NCBI RefSeq assembly: GCF_001194135.2
Contig: NC_068994.1
Coordinates: 36,645,995 to 36,709,994, forward strand
Direction: 5' to 3'
Length of the DNA: 64,000 bases
Source: Octopus bimaculoides
Taxonomy: Eukaryota
How positions within the stretch are numbered: the first letter of the stretch is position 1; each line of letters begins with the position of its first letter. Below are positions 25,660 to 39,235 of the stretch, in pieces. A model generated the notes under the pieces. The model searched no databases. It was not told the origin of the DNA and was given only the letters and a program-made list of their open reading frames with translations. The position numbers and the translations under genes are program-made.

Positions 25660-26089
25660 AAAACATACTCACTATTTCTTGTTCTCTTTCTCACTCATTA
25701 GTGAAGCATTTAACATTATTTGCAAGCTTGCATTTTTGCATTGTATAATATTCAAATATGTGGCAATAGACACATTGGACAGTTTCAAAAGAACACTACT
25801 AATATCAGATTTATTCTAAATTGCTGCAGTAACATTATAAATAACTATTACTTACAGCTGATAATAAAAAAAAATCAAGAATTGGTAGGTGTGAACACCT
25901 TAATAATACTATTGTAATCAAAATATTTTTAAAACTGTTCATAAAAGCCAGACAACTGAAAAAAAAAATATGAAGTAATGAATGGTAAACATAGAAAACA
26001 TATTCACTTGAAATATGTGTGGTGTACATGTTTACATGTGTATAAGTGTGCATATATATATACATTTACACACACACACACAATATGCT

Positions 26090-27173
26090 TGGAAGGCTAC
26101 CCAGAAGTAGTTGATAGCTTTTGATTATTAAATGACCTAATTAGCAGTAGAAGTCAGCTTCCTGAAAACAATAGGATCAAAAGATTGTGAAAATTTATGG
26201 AACTATTATTTATCTCAACCCGCTTCATTGCCATCATTTTTACATCTGTTTTGCCATGTTTTTGCATGAGTTCGATGGGTGGGTGAAGGATCTCCTCATC
26301 TGATGTTACTCATCACTGCCATCTCTTTGCTGGCAACAAAGGATTTCTTTCTCAGATGAAAAGGGGATTGTTTGGTGCTTGCATGATTACAAGACATGAA
26401 CTTGGAATATGGAGGATTTGTGAAGATTGGGAAGAAATGAGAAGTGCTCGTTCCGTTAGATGTGCATGAATAAAGGAGTATAAATAAGCTGAGAGAAAAG
26501 CTGGGCATAAGAGGATCAGATGTGAGACAAGTTGCGCATAAGATCATACACCATGCTAGTACAGGCATGTGATGTACATGGAGAATATTTGTTGCATAAA
26601 GAAAAGCTGAATGCTCAAACAAATGGCATTAGATGAAAAGATCCACCCAGTTCTTGCTAACATGGGAAAACTAATGTAAAAATTGTGGCAGTGGGAGTTG
26701 GGTTATATATAATACCTATATTTGGGTCTCACCTTTGACCATTATATTTATATTAAGTCTCCATGTACTACCCTCCCCCTCTCTTTATTACCCACACATC
26801 TATTACACTTTCCTATCATGCAAAGGAATGGCATTGAATTTCTCCATATACAATCCCTCTATCTTCACCCTTTATCACTCTCTCATCATACTGCCTATAT
26901 AAAAAGAGATGACAGTAGATTTTTCAATATTCAGTACCCTGCCATCACCCTTCTTTATAGCTCTCACTTTCTCTCTTTCTCTCTCTCTCATCCATTGTTC
27001 CCTCCTCTATCCATTATTATTGACATCCATCATACACACACATGCACACACACACACATTCATGCACACACACTCTCTCTTTCTCTCTCTCTCTCTCTCT
27101 CATTCTTACTATCAACTATCTTTATTATTATTTTACTCTCTCTTTTACCATTGACCATCTTTTTATTCTCTTA

Positions 27174-27206
<33 letters not shown>

Positions 27207-27730
27207 ACACCAATCTTTTATTACTCATTGTAGAGTTACATCATGTCTCTCCTATCACTCACTCTTTCTGTCCTACTCCCATTAGTCCTTTTCCATTATT
27301 CTGCTCTCTTCCTGTCATGCTCTCTTCTCCCATTGTAATGTTAATGTTGTTTTCTATTCAACTTCCTTGCCAGTAACCAGTATGTAGCTGTTTATCATTA
27401 TTTTCTGGTACATGATTGTGTATCATTATCTTATTCCCATCACTCTTATCTCCTTCTGAGCATACTCTCACTGTGATTCACTCTCTTTCTGTCATCCTTC
27501 TTCTGTTTACTCTCTAAATCATGTTGCATTGAATGAGTGGAGATGATATAGGGGAGGAAAGAGTTTTTTATCTTGCTAAGGACAAACCAATGCAGAGTAG
27601 AGGGGACTTGTCATCTTGACAAAGACAGAGCAAGCTCTCTAGTGTCACTGCTGCAATGAAATGCACCCAGTACACTCTGCAAAATAATTGATATTAGGAA
27701 GAGCATCAAATTGTAGAAACCATATCAGAA
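26090..27730 (+). mobile_element. old RTE LINE 3' part with pyrimidine-rich 3'UTR and partial tail
   Basis: Decayed EVVDSF..LREKLGIRGIRC at 26090-26640, CT-rich tract at 26760-27510, tail motif CACCCAGTACACTCTG..AGGAAGAGCATC at ~27665-27730. Confidence 0.5.
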
Positions 27731-27840
27731 ATGTAGATGTATTTCTTGACATGTCTAGAAGGGTGGTAATTCCAAATAAGAAATAAATCACACTGAGATG
27801 ACCCATCTAACCCATGGATGGAAAGATGCTGTTGCTGCTG

Positions 27841-29135
27841 ATGATTATTGTTATTATTATTATTATTATTATGATTGAGTGAGAGAGCAGTGCATGCCAT
27901 CAAAGTGACACTGGGGTAAAATATACGAAGCCCAATACACCCATCATGACTACCTCTCTGATAAGGGTACACCAGGCACATGCATCACAACCATATGTGC
28001 GCAACATGGTGATCTCATATCAAGATAAACAGCGCATGACCTCGCAAATGGGGCCCAGTTAGAATTTTCTTCAGGCCGAGTAGCACATCCCTCTCAAAAG
28101 GTCCCTGAATAAGGTTTGTTTAAGGATGTTGAGCAAAACACCCATGTTTCCAAAGGTGAATTATTCAAACTCCAAAGAATTCCTCTCAACACCTGGCTAT
28201 GATGCTCCCCCTCTACTTCTGCTCGTGATCNNNNNNNNNNTTATTATTATTATTATTATTATCATTATTATTATTGTGTGAGAGAGCAGCACGTGCCATC
28301 AAAGTGACATTGGGGTACAAATATACGAAGCCAAATATATCCATCATGACTACCAGTCTGATAAGGGTACACCAGGCACATGCATGACATGGTGATCTCT
28401 TATTAAGATAAACAACACATGACCTTGCAGGTAGGGCCAGTTAGAAATTTCTTCAGGTTGAATAGCTCATCCTGTTCAAAAGGTCCCCGAATAAGGTTTG
28501 TTTAAAGATGATGAATGAAACACCCATGTTTCCAGAGGTGAATTATTCATACCCCAAAGAATTCCTCTCNNNNNNNNNNATTATTATTATTATTATCATT
28601 ATTATTATTATTATCATTATTATTATTGTGTGAGAGAGCAGCACGTGCCATCAAAGTGACATTGGGGTACAAATATACGAAGCCAAATATATCCATCATG
28701 ACTACCAGTCTGATAAGGGTACACCAGGCACATGCATGACATGGTGATCTCTTATTAAGATAAACAACACATGACCTTGCAGGTAGGGCCAGTTAGAAAT
28801 TTCTTCAGGTTGAATAGCTCATCCTGTTCAAAAGGTCCCCGAATAAGGTTTGTTTAAAGATGATGAATGAAACACCCATGTTTCCAGAGGTGAATTATTC
28901 ATACCCCAAAGAATTCCTCTCAACACATGGCTATGATGCCTCCCCTCTACTTCTGCTCATGATCAGAGATGCAGATATCATTAGCCACCAAGGGATATGC
29001 TCAGCTGACAAGCAAATCTGTGGTATTGAGCAGAATATTTGCCATAGCCCATCTTTTATACCAAGACAAAACATGTTCATGATAGCACTTCCAATCAGTT
29101 AAGATCAGAAGCAATGAGAGCCAGTGCATGGTGGT
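27841..29135 (-). repeat. three partial copies of a (TAA)n-tailed retroposon-like repeat separated by N gaps
   Basis: Each copy starts with (TAT)n then GAGAGAGCAG..TGCCATCAAAGTGACA. Copies at 28241-28569 and 28580-28910 look identical; the first copy differs. A further copy lies at 40660-41260. Confidence 0.85.
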
Positions 29136-29207
29136 GTTATAATTGTTATTGCTGCTGTTGTTGTTATTATTATTAGTAGTAGCAGCAGCAGTAGCAGTAG
29201 CAGTAGC

Positions 29208-29250
<43 letters not shown>

Positions 29251-29499
29251 TTTCAGATTGTCTTTCTTTTAGATAAAGCATCCCATCATTTAGAAAAGTC
29301 AACATTAAATAGCTTAAAATTGGTGCAAATTTATTTTCAATTAAGTTTATTCATATGTGTGCTTATACAGAATGATTTATTATGTGCTTTTAGCAACATT
29401 ATACATTGTCATTATACATTTTTTCTTACTATAATATAGTTAGTTTAGTGCTATGAAAATCTACAACCATAAAATAATCATAATTTTAATTTGTGGTTA

Positions 29500-30330
29500 T
29501 ATTGCTGTTCAGGAAACAGCTTCTAAATAATTATTTAATGATTGTTTGGAGGAAAAAGAATTTTACAATAATGTTACACAAAAATAGGCCTCGATACTTG
29601 GTAGAATACAGTACAATAGCATGATACACATTTTTACAATTAGTGAGAAACAATAGGAGTAAGTTTTCGATGCTAGAATAAGAGTCAGGTAGTAGAAAGT
29701 TCAGACTTGCTGTATTCATTAATTATGAATTTCAATCAGATCCGCTTCAGCTGAACTTTGCAAAGTAATTGTTTGAATGAAGTATTTTGTAAGCATCATT
29801 TATTGTGGCCATCCTCTTTCTTTTAAGGACATATTGTCTTTGATCTCGAAACTGTTACGCATCTGATCTGTCTTTTGAAAAATGATAAAGATAACAAAGA
29901 CTCTTGAACCTTACTGTGCTCCACTTTACATGTCACTGCCAGGGTTCTTCTAAGCCAATACTAGTTTATATAACCATCTTATAAAATATCAATGAATTCA
30001 TTTGTATCAAATTCTCGATAGCTAAAGATTCCCATGATGATATTAGACCTCAAGTCAGACTAATCAAGTATATTATGATCTAAGATATTCTGTTCTTGAT
30101 ATCCCATCATTTGTATTTCTTCAATCAGGAATTCGTCTCAGATTAATCTTCAGGTAGGTGCTAAGGGTACTACTGAACCAAGATCCAGGAGAACCATGGG
30201 TGCATGAATAGTATAACTTTGTTATATTGTAATGAGGGTTAATTATAATATCTTGGACCATAAGTACCTAGATATGGCATTGACTTCACTGTGCAATGTA
30301 TCCTCCTTTATTTAAAGTTGTGGAATGCAA
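29500..30330 (-). mobile_element. possible Penelope-like RT remnant
   Basis: Weak colinear motifs on the minus strand (IGLE, QY.L.KK.MA, EYSKSEL). Highly decayed. Confidence 0.3.
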
Positions 30331-30339
30331 TTTGAGTGA

Positions 30340-30560
30340 AGGAACATGGCTTAGTGGTCAGGGTATTGCACTCATGATTGCAAGACATGGTTTTAATTCC
30401 TGGACTAGGCAGTGCTTTGTATTCTTGAGCAAAACACATCATTTCACATTCCTCCAGTCCACTCAGCTATAATTGAGTAACTCTGCAATGGACTGACATT
30501 CCATTTATGGGGCATGTTGTAATCTCAGTTACTTAACAAGCCATGAAAACTGGGTAACTG
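30340..30560 (+). mobile_element. tRNA-headed SINE family C
   Basis: TGGCTTAGTGG A-box-like, GGTTTTAATTCC B-box-like, then TTCTTGAGCAAAACAC..CTCCAGTCCACTCAGC. A related copy lies at 45435-45730. Confidence 0.6.
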
Positions 30561-32875
30561 GTATTATAAGTCTTTAGACTCAAGTCAGTGAAGGGGTTGC
30601 TGATAATGATGGTTATGTTGATGCAATTTGACTTCCATTTCAGGTTGAGCAACCATGTAGATTTTTCTCATGTTGGTGCACCATTAGGCAGGTTTAGCAA
30701 CCATCTAATAAACCTATCAGTGGTGACAAAACAGCCATTAAATTTATACCTCTCAGCCAAGCCCATAACCTAAATAATTCTCTCAGTCCTCCTAGTTGAC
30801 AATTTCTTTCTATTTCTCTTGCTATAATCATTCAGCTGTAAAAAGACTTGCATTATCAGTATACACATTTCTAAATTTGCAAAAACATAACCATTGGAAT
30901 ATGAAAAGCAGCAAAAATAAGATAATCTATGGTAAATTATTCATTCATTCATATATTACTAAATAGCAGACATTGATAATTTTGGCACTCAGCTTTAGTT
31001 TCATATAGATTGAGATTTATCAAAATCAAACTCTTCTAGTTTAGCATTTTCTTTTTTTTCTTTCTTTCCTCTTTTTATTTTCAACATCACATTATAACTG
31101 TGTGAAAATACTACTTTGCCATTCATTCAAGTTTATTCTATGAATTTCCTTATTCCGATATTTAACAATCATTAAGATCAAGTTTCATCAGAAATGTAGG
31201 TGGCAGTCTCCGCATTTTTCAGGGCAATCATTACATTAATTTCAATGAAGTCTAGTAGAAATTGAATTAAATAGTTCATTTGTAAGCTATTACACACAAA
31301 CACACACAGACACATACACACTCTCTCTCTTTCTCTCAAACACAAACTCAAATACATACACACATACACATGATTTATGAGAAATACTAATAATGATAAT
31401 CTATTTCTTTCAATTGATATGAATTAAATATTGATTTGATGAAAAAAAGAAATAACAAAAGCAAAATTTCGTTTATTTCTTGGTTCTTTTACTATAAGAA
31501 ATGGATAAACATTTGATACACATCTAAAAGGTTTTAACATCTATAATTTGAAGTTGCACTGAAACAAACAGTAGAGAGCTAGAATAGATGTTTTCAAATA
31601 CATATATCTATATCACTTTAGGTCTTTTTGCCAATTTTAGTTGTAGCTTTTATGATTCTACCGACTCTGTGAGGTTGGTAAAATCAGTACCAGTACCAGT
31701 TGTTCATTCATTTTAATGTTCATTTTCCCATATTAGCATAGACTGGACAGGAACTAATTTGACTTAGGATTTTACATTTGGATACTCTTCCTCTTGCCAA
31801 CCCTTTTTCGTTTTTTCAAGACCCACCCACCACAACAGAATTAAGATCCTAAAATGAAGGTGCCATATAAAAAGTATCGGTGCTGGTGCCACATAAAAAA
31901 TACTGGTGCTGGTGCCATGTACAAAGTATTGATGGGACGGTGCTGCATAAAAAGCACCTCGTACACTGTCGAGTGGTTGGCATGAGGAAGGGCATCCATC
32001 CATAGAAGCTAAGCCAAAACAGACTATGGAACCTGGTGTGGTTCCTGGCCTTGCCAGTTCCTGTCAAGCTGTCCAACCCATGCCAGCATGGAAAACAGAC
32101 ATTAAATGTTGTTGTTATTTTTGTTGTTGATGATGATGATGATGATGATGAGACATTTTCTGTTATTCTCTTTTACTCTTTTTTACTTGTTTCAGTCATT
32201 TGACTGCGACCATGCTGGAGCACCGCCTTTTGTCGAGCAAATCGACTCAGGACTTATTCTTTGGAAGCCCAGTACTTATTCTATTAGTCTCTTTTGCTGA
32301 AACACTAAGTTACAGGGACAAGAATGCCTTTGATCATAGCTCTACTCAATCAGAGCTTACATGGGTGTCTAAACAACATCAGTATGCCTATGATAGAGCA
32401 TGCCAATGTAAATAAGGCTGGAAACATTAATCTGGAAATTTTCAATGATTCTGCTATAATGCACTGACACCTAGATTTATTCTGATGATGAACTTGAATA
32501 TGATTTTTCTAAAAAAACATTAAATCCTTATACATGTTTTATTGACATCACTGACTGAAATTTTGATAAGAAACAAAATGAAACAAAATTTGTTTTAGAG
32601 AGAATTTATCCACAAAAAAATGTAATAAATAATTATTTTGAAAGTGAATACTAATTTTTTTATGAAATAAATTTTTATCAGACTTTATTTAAAGATGCCT
32701 TACCTTATGGAACAAGAATACTTTCCAAGGACTGTAATATAGAAATCTTTCTGAAAGTTCAGAAGCATCTCTATATTATAGTATAGAGACATTTCTATAC
32801 TACGTTACTTAATGTATGTTGTGTGTGTATGTTTGTATGTATGTATGTATGTATGTATGTATGTATGTATGTATG

Positions 32876-32931
<56 letters not shown>

Positions 32932-33299
32932 ATCATCATCATCATTGTTATTATCGTTGTAATATCCCCTTTTCCATGCTCATATGAGTGAAACAGAATT
33001 TCTTTCAGTTTCCAAAAACCAAATCTATTCTCAAGGCTCTAGTTGGCGTTCAGCTCTTGTAAAAGACACATGCCCAAGGTGCCATGCAATGGGACTGAAT
33101 CTGGAACCATGTGGTTGGAAGCAAACTTCCTAAACAGCCATGCTTTATCCATATCTGTATCTAAAGTTCATCAGATCTTGGTTTTCAGTGCCACCCCCAC
33201 CCATGCATCATAGTCATTCTCACCACTGGAGTAAAGTTTTAGATTGAGTGCCTGTGGGAACTGCTTATATAGCTGAATCTGTAGCAGAAATAGAAAAGA

Positions 33300-35345
33300 C
33301 ATTCCAAGTGTAGCATCAAAAGACTTCAAAGTTATCTTAGCAAAGTCCAAATATTTAGTAAGAAGGAAAAAAGAACAGGACTCACCCTCCTTATGGGAAA
33401 TAGCTTTACTTACTATGTTGGAGAGGTATAGGTAGAAGTTCCATATGGTGTACTCAAGTCTCCTAGTATAGATGGTTTGCATGCAGAGATCTTTAAATGT
33501 GGAAGTCAAAATTTAATACCCTGACTTACCTCCTTAATACAGAAGTTTGGGCAGATGAGATAGTTTCACAAGACTGGAAAGATACTCTCATGTTTTTACT
33601 GTGTAAGGGAAAAGGTGGAAAAGACGACTGTGGTAGTATCAAAAGATATTGTTGCTTTCTGTTGCTTTTAAGCTCTTGTGTAGGGTTAAGCTTGACAGAC
33701 TGCTTTCATACATTGTTGATGATGTCTCAGTGTGGTTTCAGAAGAGGAAAAAGTACGATTGGTATGACTTTCTCAGCTAGACAACTTTAAGAAAAATGTA
33801 TCTAACAAAGAATGGATCTATTCTAAGTGTTTGTTGATCTGACAAAGATGTTTTGACACAGAAAGCAGAGAAGCTCTTTAGAAGTTACTGAGGAAACTTG
33901 GTGTCCAAATAAGTTTATGACAATTCTTTGTCACTTCCATGATAACAATGGAAGCTTGGGTGAATTTTGGTGGGAATGTAACTGATCCTGTTGTTGTGAA
34001 TAATGGTGTCAAATAAGGCAATATTCCAATGTCAACACTGTTTTCACTATGATGTTTGTAATGGCTTTTAGTGAATAGCCATATTGAATGTATGTCAAGT
34101 TTTAAACATCTATGATACTTTTCAATATAAGACACTTCAGTCATCATCATCATCATAATTCTTAAGTGTCCACTTTTCTTGCGGCATGGGTTGGAGGGTT
34201 TGACAGAAGCTAGCCAGGCAGATGACTACACCAGACTTCGGTGTCTCTGCCTGTTATGGCATGTTTTTATGGCTGGATGTCCTTCCTAACACCAACCACC
34301 CTGCAGAGTGGACTGAGTACTTTTTACATAGTACAATCACAGGTGAGGTCAGTTTTGGCATGGTTTTTACTGCTGGATACCCTTCCAAATGTCAGCCACT
34401 TTACAGTGTGGACTGGATGCTTTTTACATGGCACCAGCACTAGCAGGGTTACCAAACAACTTGCAAGACAAAGATCCTTTGAGAGGATTCAAAAGTTGTG
34501 TTCTCATTGATGACTGAAATTTCTTTTCTCACACTCAAAAAAACATGCAACATATAGAATCTGTCTCTAATGCATGTTCTGTACTAGGCCTGATGATAAG
34601 TCGTAAAAAGACTGTTGTCTGATATCAGCCTGTACCAGGAGAGCCATACTTGAAACTAGATATCCAAGTGTCTAGCCAGAAGCTTGAAGTCATTGCTAGG
34701 TTTGTGTATTTTGGCAGCACCCTTAGTATACCATGCACCCTTGACAATGAAATCTTGTTAAGAATCATCAAAACCTATGTTGCTTTCAGAAAGTTAGAAA
34801 AGCATCTGTGGTCTCAGCATGGTATCTTTACTGATACCAAAGTCAAGATTTATATAACATATGTGTTGTCCTCCCTGTTTTATGCCTGGGAAATGTGGAT
34901 GACCTACTGAAAGCACCTAAAACAATTGGGGGTATTTTCATTAGCAGTGTCTATCTTGGGCCTGCATTAGGAAATGTACATGGATGATGTTGCGGTCCTT
35001 AAAAGAAGTCACTGTCGAAGTGTTAATCATTGTGCAGTACTGACATCTCAGAAAGGACTGGGAAGAAACTGCAACTGATTGGACAAGATGGAGGAAACCA
35101 ATATATGATAAAATTAAGGTTTTTGAAATAGCTCGAAGAAATCATAACAAGTTAAAAAGGAATGCTAGAAAGGGTGTGGATGTGATATTTCTGGGAAATG
35201 TGGGTGACCAGAGTGAGCTGACATGCGATGTATGTAGGAAAGTCTGCTTCAGCAGAGTGGGCCTGAAAAGTTGCACTTGTGCTGCTCATGCATGAGACCA
35301 GTCAATTCTGAAATGCTTCAAGCAATGGCTATACTTAAGAACAAG
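33300..35345 (+). mobile_element. RTE-1/BovB-type LINE RT remnant interrupted by a tail-SINE insertion (34140-34480, minus)
   Basis: KSPSIDGLHAEIFKCG, SQCGFRRGKSTIGMTFSARQL, VFVDLTK.FD, KLEVIARFVYFGSTLS..LDNEI..RI, terminal CDVCRKVCFSRVGLKS. Confidence 0.85.
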
Positions 35346-35374
35346 CAAGTAGCCATCATGTATAGATTAATGTA

Positions 35375-35613
35375 TGTTTGCTGACACTGTAGTAATATTA
35401 TTGGAAAACAACATTGTTATTAGGATATTATGTTGAACAGTCAATGATCTATAACTATAAACTGTATATATATGTGTGTGTGTGTATTAAATACACACAC
35501 CCACATATATATCCATACACACACAGTTTATAGATACAGATCATTGACTGTTCAACACAATATCCTAATAACAATGTTGTTTTCCAATAATATTACTACA
35601 ATGTCAGCAAACA
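35375..35613. repeat. ~240-bp fold-back palindrome
   Basis: 76-bp arms (35375-35450 and 35538-35613) have 2 mismatches. The inner part is also self-complementary around TGTATTAAATACAC. Confidence 0.95.
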
Positions 35614-36180
35614 ACTTTGCATCTAAGGAACGTCTTTGTAGTTAGTCCCACTACAAAGATTCTGTCCACACTAATTACATGATACAATTAATAATTTTAT
35701 GTTTGATTGAAATAGATATAATAACAAGCTGTGTAACTTTGTAAATATTAGTTGTTGTGAGTCTAAGTAATATAGACTCTATGTTATAAAATTCACAACT
35801 GATATATTACAAATTAATAATTTATAGGAACTTTTAAACTGTATTTTGCATGACTTCATTAATTTTATTCTTTTTCATAGTCATTAGAGAGAAGAGAAAG
35901 GCTGCCTTAAGATGAAGAATAATCATTATTATTCAAATCAGTTGTTTATGTATCCAAAATTATTTTGAATGTTTAAACTTATGTAAAGAATGCTTCTATT
36001 TATATGATCGGCATGTTGGTAGTTTGTGATATAGCTCTGGTTGAAGCTTCTTGTGATGAAACATATTGTAAATGATTAGTAAAGTAGATGAATCTTTAGC
36101 TACATAATGAACCATTATCATTATTGCAGTTTTCTGAAAATTTTTCTAGTTAGCTTTTTTTTTTTTACACTTTTACTCAG

Positions 36181-36236
36181 GAGGAAAAGTTGTTAGCCCT
36201 AACACTTAACAGAGCCTTTAAAACTAAAGACATAGC
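36181..36236 (+). CDS. candidate internal exon (phase 0 to 2), EEKLLALTLNRAFKTKDIA
   Basis: Strong acceptor TTTTTTACACTTTTACTCAG, donor GTGAAT, only one open frame. Phase-compatible with 36617-36648. No homology recognised with certainty. Confidence 0.3.
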
Positions 36237-36616
36237 GTGAATGCTTTCAGACTGGATTCTGCTAGAGGTACCAAGATGCTTGGTGGAATTGTTAAACTGG
36301 ATAACATATTAAGTCTACCACCCAAGCAAGCCATGAAAGGATTTGAATTCATACTGCAAAGAGCCAGAACAGATAACTCAAGGCATCTAGTCTAACATTC
36401 ATACAGTTCCACTAATCTACCACCTCGGATTGATACTTTTTTCCTGACCTCAAAAAGACAAAAGGGCAAATTGACCTTTGTGGGATTTTGACTCAGAATG
36501 CAGACAACTGGAACTGATACCATGAGCCATTCTATCCAACATTCTAATAGCTCTGCAATTCAAATAGTTTAAAATATGATACTATTTTAACTTAATAATT
36601 TTTGTGAAAATTTTAG

Positions 36617-36648
36617 GTATTGGATTTCAAACAGTCTTGAAATGTATT
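36617..36648 (+). CDS. candidate micro-exon (phase 2 to 1), YWISNSLEMY
   Basis: Acceptor AAAATTTTAG, consensus donor GTGAGT. Confidence 0.3.
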
Positions 36649-38784
36649 GTGAGTTGTGACTTAATACTGTCCATGTGTTTATGGTATGATTAATTTAACC
36701 AAAAGTGACTTGTGATATTATGTTGTTGCTATTCTGTTTTGGTAAGGAATAAGCATAGAATCTAGCTTCAGTATATTTCATTTAATATGTATGCTATAAT
36801 TTTTATGACTGCAATGCCATATATGCAATAAAATCACTTAAGATTCCATCTGTGTTTGGTGCTTTTTCTGCATTCACCTTGCAGAAAGTATCCTATAATT
36901 TGGCTTTAGCTGTTGGCAGTCCATAGCAACAGCTCTTTCTCCATGACTTTCTTCAAATAATCTTTTAATAGATTCAGATTGTCATTGAAATCTGACTAGT
37001 TTTCCCATCAGGGTGTTTCCGTTTCGGTCATTTATAAATCCAGTTATTCTTGGTCACACATTTCCTGTTGCCTATCCTGTATGTACTTAAAATTCATATA
37101 AAATTTGCTATCAACCTTCTATGATGTTCTAGCTATTTTTGTTAGCCGTGTTGTATTGTTGTTATACACCTTTATTGATTTTCTTCTTTTAGGAAAGGAA
37201 GGATATATTCAATTTTTTTACCTTTTTGTTTTATTTTTCTTTCAATCTTATGAATATGATGATATAAATTTCACCATTCAACCATTTCTTGGAAATATCC
37301 CCTTTTTCCCTTCTTAAGAAGATTTATTTTATTCTTCTTCCTCAATGTCTTCTATCAGAATCTTTCATTTTTCTCTGCATCGTTATTATGATAATGTAGT
37401 TTAGTGAACCTATTCTCTACATTGAAACTTATTATGAGTTGATAAGGCTTAATACTGAAAGAGACCATATCATCATCATTATCAGCAACATCAGTAGCAT
37501 CAGCAGTAGTATTAGTAGTGGCAGTAGTAGTAGTAGTAGTGGCGGTGGTGGTGGTAGTAGTAGTAGTAGTAGCAGCAGCAGTCTTAGTAGTAGTAACAGC
37601 AGCAGTAATAGATTTTGTGTTGAAGCTGACGGACATCTCTGAAGATATTACTAAATTTTACTGAATGAAGATGCTTCTTTCTTTTCCAATTTTTAAAAAA
37701 TTAGTTTGTAAATAGAGGTCATCAAAATGTTTGGATGTCTAACCCAATTCATTGGGTAGATAAATAAAAGATCTATCTTTCATTAAAAAAAAAAAATGTT
37801 TGGTTAATTCTGTTTTTACAAAACTTTTCTTGGGTTTACAGGTTTTGAAACTGATTTATTTTATCAAAAGGGCAGTAACAAGCACCAATATTGGGTTTAT
37901 CCTCTGACTTAATGTTCTGAATTCAAATACTGCTGAGGTCCACTTTGCCTTTTCTCCTTTCTGATCAATAAATACTGGGGTCACTGTAATTGACTTACCC
38001 ACTCCCTCAAAATTGCTAGCCTTGTCCCTGAATTTGAAATCAATGTTGAGAATATCCTCTCAGAAGAAAATGATGAAATAATGTTCAAAATACATCGAAA
38101 TGAAATTAATACTATAGATACTATAGATTTTGAGACTATATCTAGATTTTGAAAAAGTTACAATGAAAAAAAAAAATGAATAAATAAAAGAATAAATTAA
38201 ATGACAATGAAACAAGTAGATGCACCACAAAATACAGACAATCACCATTTGACAACTGAAATCGCAATACTACCTCTCAAAAATACCAACACAAGCAACA
38301 GTAATAAGGCATACTTGTATGATACAGTTCCAGACCTCTTATCCAGCTTCAGAAAATCTGGAATTTTTAGAAATCCCAAAATACTGTGCAATATGGTGTA
38401 CCCTGCATTTAACGGACTCTGTTTTTTGAAGTCTGTTAATTTGCATGTGTAGTGTAAAAAATTGCTTTGTTCTTTATTTTCTTTAAGTGGATTGACAAAG
38501 ATTAAACATACTAGAAGTCGTAGTAACGACATCAGCAGATCCAAAAATCTACTATTTTCTATATATAACAAAAAAAGAAAAAAAAAAAGAAAAGAAAAAT
38601 ACAAACATAACCCAAGCAGAAAGCGTGTAAGATGAGTGAAGAGAAGTCCATCTGCTCATTGTTCTGTGTGAAGTTCGTAGTTGTTCAAACATCAAATGAT
38701 TGACTGATAGATATTTTGAACAAAAATCAGTGAGACAATGGAAACGATAAAGTATAGATTAAAAAGGTGTAATTTACCTATCTG

Positions 38785-38982
38785 ATCTTTCAGTTTTTTC
38801 AGTCATTAGACTATGGCCATGCTAGAGCACCACCTTGAAGAATTTCTAGTTGAATGAATTGACTTCAGTACTTAACTTGTTTTTGGTGTACTTTGCTGAA
38901 CTGCTAAGTTAGAGGTATGTAAACACACCAACACTGGTTTTCAAATGGTGTGGGGGGGGGCACAAACAGACATGAAAACACA

Positions 38983-39016
<34 letters not shown>

Positions 39017-39235
39017 TGAAAACACACACACACACACACATGAAAACACACACACACACACTCACACACATAGATGGGTTTCTTTCAGTTTCCATCTACC
39101 AAATCTGCTCAGAAGGCTTTGGTCAGCCCAAGGCTATATCAGAAAACACCTTCCCAAGGTGCCACACAGTGGAACTGAACCTATAACCATGTTGTTGGGA
39201 AGCAAGTTCCTTACCACACAGTCACACCTACACCT
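38785..39235 (-). mobile_element. SINE family B, full length
   Basis: Both halves present. The central tract is a higher-order CATGAAAA(CA)n x3 repeat. Confidence 0.85.

Noticed and set aside
32482-32530. CTGATGA hammerhead-like core
   Set aside because: No convincing stem II or GAAA.
38050-38452. Acidic/Asn-rich protein-like reading (ENILSEENDEIMFKIHR...; ORF 38201-38452)
   Set aside because: Interrupted by stops, with no recognisable motif or splice signals.
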